The position numbers were made by a program, and so were the translations under genes. The notes below the pieces were generated by a model that did no database searches, was not told where the DNA came from, and worked only from the letters and a program-made list of their open reading frames with translations. A stretch of DNA of 52,487 nucleotides from Deltaproteobacteria bacterium (lineage in GTDB: Bacteria; Myxococcota_A; Polyangia; Polyangiales; Houyiibacteriaceae): NCBI GenBank assembly GCA_034670305.1, contig JAXMNT010000052.1, positions 1 to 52,487 of the forward strand, given 5' to 3'. Positions 47,386 through 52,487 of the stretch are shown here, in pieces. The number at the start of each line of letters is the position of its first letter. Position 1 is the first letter of the stretch.

Positions 47386-48591
47386 CTACTCGGCTGAGGC
47401 GCTGACGCTTCCGCTGACCATCACCGACGCTTCGATCGTGATCTGCACGTTGGCCGCGGCAGCCACCTGGGCATCGACCGCTTCCACGAGGCAGACCGAC
47501 GCCTGCAGGCTCGTGTCGAGCGCCGCCGACGTGGCGCCGCCAAGGCCCGATGCCAGATCGACGCCGGCCTCCACGAGGATGGCCGCCTTCTCCGCCGCCG
47601 AGAGGAGCGACGGAAGGTTGGCTTCGAGCGTCGCGATCAAGTCCGCGACGTCGCCTTCGCCGCTGAACGAGACGACGATCTCCGGCTCGGTGCACTCGGC
47701 GTCGATGCTGACGTCCGAATCGCAGCTGGCCTGACATTCCACGTTGGCGTCGACTTCGAGTTCGCCGCCTTCGCAGCGCGGCGCGACGAAGTCCACGTCG
47801 CAGGAGCCGCTGCACTGTCCCATGCAGCTGCCTTCGATGTCCGCGCGACAGCTGCCTTCGCAGGAGCCCATGCACTGGCCGGTGCACTCGCCCTCGATCG
47901 AACCATCGCACATGCCGCGACAGGTGCCGGTGCACTCGCCCATGCAGTTGCCCATCTCGTCGGTGGCGGTGCATTCCCCCTCGCACTGCCCCATGCAGGT
48001 CCCGGTGCAGGACGCTTCGACCATGGCGGTGCACTGACCGCTGCAGCTGCCGGTGCACGAGCCCGAACACTCGACGCTGCCCATCGCGGTACAGCTGCCG
48101 CTGCACATGCCGCTGCAGGAGCCGCTGAGCATGCCGCCTTCGCAACGCGGCGGGGTGGCCGTGACGTCGAAGTCGGCGTCGCACGACGCGACACAGTCGA
48201 CGTAGGCGTCGACGTCGATGGTGCAGATGGGCGGGATGATCTGTACCTCGATCGTGACGGCGGCGTCCGAGAGCACGGCCGTGATCTCATCCGAGGCGTT
48301 GGTGCAGGCCGCCGTGACGTCGGCACCGGTGGCGCCGCCGAGGTCGGTGGAGATGCGGTTGCAGGTGTCGAGGACCTGGTCGTTCAGATCCGCCGCGGCG
48401 ACGCTGAAGCGGCCGGTCGCGTCGAAGAGGTTGTCGATGCGGGCGTCGCCGTAAAGGCTCGACACCGGACCTGTGAAGTCGTGGGGACAGGTGACGTCGT
48501 CTGTGGTCACACAACCGCCGAGTGCGGTCGCGGCAACGAGAGCGGAGATCACCGACTTCGTTCGGTTTCTCTGAGAATTCAAGATGCGCAT
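47386..48591 (-). CDS. Lipoprotein with periodic CxxxC repeat domain
   Basis: GGAGG RBS; lipobox LGGC; six blocks of C-x-G-x repeats. Confidence 0.8.
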   Translation of the reverse strand: MRILNSQRNRTKSVISALVAATALGGCVTTDDVTCPHDFTGPVSSLYGDARIDNLFDATGRFSVAAADLNDQVLDTCNRISTDLGGATGADVTAACTNASDEITAVLSDAAVTIEVQIIPPICTIDVDAYVDCVASCDADFDVTATPPRCEGGMLSGSCSGMCSGSCTAMGSVECSGSCTGSCSGQCTAMVEASCTGTCMGQCEGECTATDEMGNCMGECTGTCRGMCDGSIEGECTGQCMGSCEGSCRADIEGSCMGQCSGSCDVDFVAPRCEGGELEVDANVECQASCDSDVSIDAECTEPEIVVSFSGEGDVADLIATLEANLPSLLSAAEKAAILVEAGVDLASGLGGATSAALDTSLQASVCLVEAVDAQVAAAANVQITIEASVMVSGSVSASAE

Positions 48592-48788
48592 GGTTCCTCC
48601 TAGGAAAAGCGACACCGCGGACCCTTGCAAAGCACGGGCCGACGGACGGACCGATGTAATCCACCCCTTGGACGCACTCAACCCGCGATTGAGTCACCGC
48701 ATCCGGGAGATGTCCTCCAGCACCCGCTCCCGTCGCCGCTGTCATGGCGCGTTGCCCGAATCGAGGGGCGACACTATATCCCGGTCGC

Positions 48789-49712
48789 GTGCCTGACCTG
48801 CTCGATCACAACTTCCTGTTCGTCGTCGGCAAGGGCGGCGTCGGCAAGACCACCGTCTCTGCCGCCGCTGGGTTGGCCGCGGCCCGCAAAGGCAAGCGCG
48901 TCCTCATCGCCATGGCCAACGCGACCGAGCGGCTCAGCCAGCTCCTCGGCGTGGACCCGATCGGCGACCAGGTCGTCCAGGTCGCACCGAACCTCGACGC
49001 CGTGAACATGTCGCCCAAAGCCGCCCTCGAGGAGTACGGCATGATGATCTTGAAGGTGAGGAGCCTCTACAAGGCCATCTTCGAGAACCGTTTCGTCGAA
49101 GCGTTCCTGCGCGGCACCCCAGGCATCGAAGCCTGGGCGATGCTCGGCAAAGCGTACTTTCACGCCGCCGGCCATGGCCCGGGCAGCAAGGGCGCCTACG
49201 ACCTCGTCCTGCTCGACGCGCCCGCGACCGGACACGGGCTCGACATGATTCGGGTGCCGCACGTCATCCTCGATGTGGCGCCGCCTGGGCTGCTGCGTCG
49301 CGAGGCCGAACGCGCCCTCTCGCTCTTCCAGGATCCGAAACGGGCGGGTGCGCTGCTCGTCACGCTGGCCGAGGACATGCCGGTCAACGAATCGATCGAA
49401 CTGCACACAGCGCTCGTGCAGGACCTCAAGATCCACGTCCCCGAGATCGTGGTGAACCAGCTGCTTCCGAAACTCTTCGCGGACGACACGCGCGAAACGA
49501 TCGCGGGCATCGAAGCCACGCTCGCGGACGACTCCCCGCTGCAGACCCTGGCCCGGGCGGGTCGACTCCGGACGATGCGCGAAGCCACCCAGGCGGACAG
49601 CTTGAAGACCCTGTCCGCGGCCCTCGACGTCCCGCGCCGGAACCTGCCGCGCCTGTTCGATCCCGAGTTCGGTCGCGCGGCGATCGAATCGCTCAGCCAC
49701 GCGTTCGGCTGA
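48789..49712 (+). CDS. ArsA/Get3-like ATPase
   Basis: GKGGVGKTT, PGIE, LDAPATGH, VTLAEDMPVNE, VVNQ. Confidence 0.85.
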   Translation: MPDLLDHNFLFVVGKGGVGKTTVSAAAGLAAARKGKRVLIAMANATERLSQLLGVDPIGDQVVQVAPNLDAVNMSPKAALEEYGMMILKVRSLYKAIFENRFVEAFLRGTPGIEAWAMLGKAYFHAAGHGPGSKGAYDLVLLDAPATGHGLDMIRVPHVILDVAPPGLLRREAERALSLFQDPKRAGALLVTLAEDMPVNESIELHTALVQDLKIHVPEIVVNQLLPKLFADDTRETIAGIEATLADDSPLQTLARAGRLRTMREATQADSLKTLSAALDVPRRNLPRLFDPEFGRAAIESLSHAFG

Positions 49713-49730
49713 CCAGGGTCGAGGCGAACC

Positions 49731-50813
49731 ATGCAGCCCCGACGACTCCCCGATCTCGCCGCTTGGTTGCCCACCTTCGACGCGGTGGCCGACGCCACCC
49801 TGGGCAAGATCAAGCGCCCCCTGCCCGATCTGGTGCGGGAGGTCTCGAAGTCCTACACGACCGAGCGGGGATCGATCGCGACGGCCTCGAGCCGAGACGC
49901 GCTGCAGGCCAGATTCCGGTTCTTTCTCGGAAGAGACGTCGCCAAAGCCCTCGGCCCACTCGACGAGCTCGCGCGGACCGAGGGGCTGCCCGGCACCGAT
50001 GCCCCGTGGCGCATCCTCGACCTCGGCGCGGGCCTCGGCACCACGAGCCTCGGCGCGGCATTCGTCGCGGGTCCAGACGCGCACTTGAAGATCGACGCCG
50101 TCGACCTCGACGCGGTCGCGTTGCGGGGCTTCGAAGCGCTCGCCGCCCGCGCATCGGAGTTGGGGCTCGCCCGGATGGACGTTCGAACCCACACGCTCGA
50201 TCTGCGCCGTGCACCGGAGGGCCCGTACGACCTCATCTTGGTCGGACTCGCGCTGAACGAAGTGACCCGACACGACACCCTGCTCGAGTCCTGGAAAGCG
50301 CGTCTGCGCCCTGGCGGCAGCGTCGTGATCCTCGAGCCCGCGCTGCGCGAGGTCACCCAGCAACTGATGGCGCTTCGCGACGACGCCGTCTCGAGTGGCT
50401 GGACCGTGTTCTCTCCCTGTACCCACGCAGCGCCTTGCCCGATGCGCCAGAGCCCGCGCGACTGGTGCCACGAAGAGATCCGGATGGACCTGCCGAAATC
50501 ACTGGGGGCGACTGCGCGCGCCGCCGGGCTGCGCGACCACCGACTCACCTTCGCCGCGCTGGTGCTCCGACGGGACGGCAAGCAGCTCGCGGACCGTTCT
50601 TGGGCGCGGGTCGTGAGCGCGCCGCTCGTGAGCAAAGGCAAACGCGAACTGGTGCTCTGTGACCACGCCGGTCTGGCGAAGACGCGGCGGCTGGATCGAC
50701 ATCGAAGCGACGCCAACGCGCCGTGGTCCGAGGCGGCCCGAGGCGATCTCCTGAAGCTGCCGACGTCGACCTCCCGCATCGAAGCGGACACGGAAGTCGT
50801 CGTCCCCACATGA
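49731..50813 (+). CDS. Rsm22/METTL17-like SAM-dependent methyltransferase
   Basis: ILDLGAGLGT, VILEPAL, SPCTHAAPCPM...DWCH. Confidence 0.8.
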   Translation: MQPRRLPDLAAWLPTFDAVADATLGKIKRPLPDLVREVSKSYTTERGSIATASSRDALQARFRFFLGRDVAKALGPLDELARTEGLPGTDAPWRILDLGAGLGTTSLGAAFVAGPDAHLKIDAVDLDAVALRGFEALAARASELGLARMDVRTHTLDLRRAPEGPYDLILVGLALNEVTRHDTLLESWKARLRPGGSVVILEPALREVTQQLMALRDDAVSSGWTVFSPCTHAAPCPMRQSPRDWCHEEIRMDLPKSLGATARAAGLRDHRLTFAALVLRRDGKQLADRSWARVVSAPLVSKGKRELVLCDHAGLAKTRRLDRHRSDANAPWSEAARGDLLKLPTSTSRIEADTEVVVPT

Positions 50814-50850
50814 CGTGCAAAACCATGCGCCGCGGGCTAGCGTCGGCCCC

Positions 50851-51585
50851 GTGACGGCTCCCTCCCCGAACCTCGCCCGCCCGAAGATCCCGAGCGCGTG
50901 GCACGCGCTGGCCGCGCTCACGGCCCTGAGCTTCGCGGTGACGGTGTTCCTCGTCGGCACCGCGCCGGTGGAAGAGCAGATGGGCATCGTCCAGAAGATC
51001 TTCTACTTCCACGTGCCGAGCGCGTATTGCATGTATGTCGGGTACACCTTCGCCGCCGTCGGCGGACTGATGTACCTCTTCAAGCGCACCGACGGGTGGG
51101 ACGCGATCTCGCTCGCCGGCGCAGAAATCGGCACCCTGTTCTGTCTGATCGTGTTGGTCACGGGGCCGCTCTGGGGACGCAAAGCGTGGGGCGTCTACTG
51201 GGTGTGGGATCCGCGCCTGACCAGCACGCTGCTCACCGGCATGATCTACCTCTCTTTCCTGGGGCTGCGCATGGGCCGCGCCGGCGACGTCGAGAAACGG
51301 TTCGCCGCGGTGCTCGCGATGATCGGTTTTCCGATGCTCTTCCTCGTGAAGTACAGCGTGCGGCGGTGGAGTGGACAGCACCCGATGGTCATCAGCGGCA
51401 ACGGCGGCGGCATCTCCTCGGACATGTATCCGGCGCTCGCTGCGAGCTTCGTCGCGTTCACGTTCCTCATCGCGTGGTTGCTCTGGACACGGATCCGCAT
51501 CGAGCGACAGCGACAAAAGATCTGGTCCCTCGAGCTCGATCTGGCGCGCGAAGGATTTCCTGAATCGGAAGAAGGCTACGAATGA
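50851..51585 (+). CDS. ccmC: Cytochrome c biogenesis heme exporter/chaperone CcmC
   Basis: IFYFHVPSA, WWD-type GPLWGRKAWGVYWVWDPRLT, QHP; start 50851 (alternative 50815). Confidence 0.88.
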   Translation: MTAPSPNLARPKIPSAWHALAALTALSFAVTVFLVGTAPVEEQMGIVQKIFYFHVPSAYCMYVGYTFAAVGGLMYLFKRTDGWDAISLAGAEIGTLFCLIVLVTGPLWGRKAWGVYWVWDPRLTSTLLTGMIYLSFLGLRMGRAGDVEKRFAAVLAMIGFPMLFLVKYSVRRWSGQHPMVISGNGGGISSDMYPALAASFVAFTFLIAWLLWTRIRIERQRQKIWSLELDLAREGFPESEEGYE

Positions 51586-51947
51586 CCCGTTCCCTCGTGT
51601 CTCGTGCGAGCGCGTTGCTCGGACTCTCGCTCCTTGCTGCGTTCGTCGCGATCGCGCTCACCGTCTCGACGGCGGAGGCGCAAGAGAACGAGCCCGGCGA
51701 CCGGTCCGCCGCCTTCCGTTCGGTGACCGGACCAGACGCGGAGCAGGTGCCCGGCGGCACCCTCTTGTTGATTGCGTATGGCGCGGTCTGGGTGTTGATG
51801 GCTGGCTACCTCTGGCGGCTCGGCGGCATGCACCGAGACAACGAGAGCGACATCGACCATCTGCGGAAGAGTTTCGCGCGTGGGGCCGCCTCGCACGGGG
51901 CGGGCGCACATGGGGCGGACGCACCTGGGGCGGGCGAAGAAGCGTAG
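51582..51947 (+). CDS. ccmD: CcmD-family protein with N-terminal extension
   Basis: ATGA overlap with ccmC; LLIAYGAVWVLMAGYLWRL TM followed by a charged helix. Confidence 0.65.
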   Translation: MTRSLVSRASALLGLSLLAAFVAIALTVSTAEAQENEPGDRSAAFRSVTGPDAEQVPGGTLLLIAYGAVWVLMAGYLWRLGGMHRDNESDIDHLRKSFARGAASHGAGAHGADAPGAGEEA

Positions 51948-51950
51948 CCC

Positions 51951-52079
51951 ATGCCTTCGGTCGAACACCTTCTGTACATCCCAGGGATCTTGATCCTCGG
52001 GCTGGCGTTCGGATTTCGCCTTGGCGCGAAGGCCGCTCGAGCCGAACTCGAACGACGCCGCAAAGAACGCTCGCGCTAA
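51951..52079 (+). CDS. Small single-TM protein, 42 aa (absent from the ORF track)
   Basis: MPSVEHLLYIPGILILGLAFGFRLGAKAARAELERRRKERSR*, starting 3 nt after the ccmD stop. Confidence 0.7.
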   Translation: MPSVEHLLYIPGILILGLAFGFRLGAKAARAELERRRKERSR

Positions 52080-52154
52080 GCATCCGCCTCAACCGGCCCG
52101 CAAGCGACTGGAAACATGTGGCGCGCCTCGCTGCGCTGCCTTACCGATGATCCC

Positions 52155-52367
52155 ATGCGCGGAACCATTCGAAAACTCGGGCTCGAAGGCGGCCTTTGGG
52201 CCCTCATCACGGACGACGGGAAAACCGTCGAGCTCATCGACCCACCGTCCGGGCTTCGGCAGGACGGCATGAAGGTCGAAGTCGAGGCCGACGCCCAGGC
52301 CAGACCCGAGGTCAGCATCGGCATGGTCGGCGACGCGGTCACCGTGAAAGACTGGAAGAAGATCTAG
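52155..52367 (+). CDS. Small hypothetical beta-rich protein (70 aa)
   Basis: MRGTIRKLGLEGGLWALITDDG...SIGMVG; coding-like codon use. Confidence 0.65.
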   Translation: MRGTIRKLGLEGGLWALITDDGKTVELIDPPSGLRQDGMKVEVEADAQARPEVSIGMVGDAVTVKDWKKI

Positions 52368-52442
52368 CAGGTTGCTGAAGAACGCCCGCAGGGCGTTCTC
52401 GCAGCCTGCCCCTTGCCCCTGCCCTTGCCTTTGCCCTTGCCC
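52367..52442. repeat. Imperfect palindrome followed by array F (TTGCCC)n
   Basis: GCAGGTTGC/GCAGCCTGC outer stem and AGAACGCCC/GGGCGTTCT inner stem, then CCCTTG-type units. Confidence 0.75.
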
Positions 52443-52447
52443 GCGGA

Positions 52448-52487
52448 TCAGCGGTCAGATCGCTTGATCAGCGCGACGAGCATCGCG
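52448..52487 (-). CDS. Probable 3' end of a gene running off the window (...AMLVALIKRSDR*)
   Basis: Open frame ending in TGA at 52448-52450; too short to identify. Confidence 0.35.
   Translation of the reverse strand, partial: AMLVALIKRSDR

Noticed and set aside
47386-48591. CxxxC blocks as a RiPP precursor or multiheme cytochrome
   Set aside because: Embedded in a 400-aa lipoprotein, no radical SAM or other modifying enzyme nearby, and no CxxCH motifs

Overview
A very GC-rich bacterial window whose gene content (many Cys-rich lipoproteins, a MYXO-CTERM-like protease, a PEGA-type Ser/Thr kinase, an IgGFc-binding lipoprotein) points to a myxobacterium (Myxococcota, Polyangiales/Sandaracinaceae-like; inference). 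It holds about 45 CDSs, mostly scattered housekeeping and envelope genes (pyrC-moaB-aroE, dksA, queD, gcvPB, thymidine phosphorylase, rnr, ccmC-ccmD, ArsA-like ATPase, Rsm22-like methyltransferase). I found no rRNA, tRNA, CRISPR array, transposase or integrase. The most notable signals are: (1) a 1685-aa SLC12/cation-chloride-cotransporter protein fused to a P-loop NTPase, translationally coupled to an MscS-like gene; (2) six intergenic hexamer-register arrays, five of them between convergent genes, several with canonical G-quadruplex motifs and shared flanking hairpins; (3) a recurring leaderless-promoter signature, including a palindromic bidirectional -10 element between the kinase and TPR genes; (4) a 5-codon relay ORF between two Zn-ribbon paralogues; (5) a one-Cys DksA, an unassigned secreted protein, and a 42-aa ORF missed by the ORF track. 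All product calls come from motif recognition by eye, not database searches.
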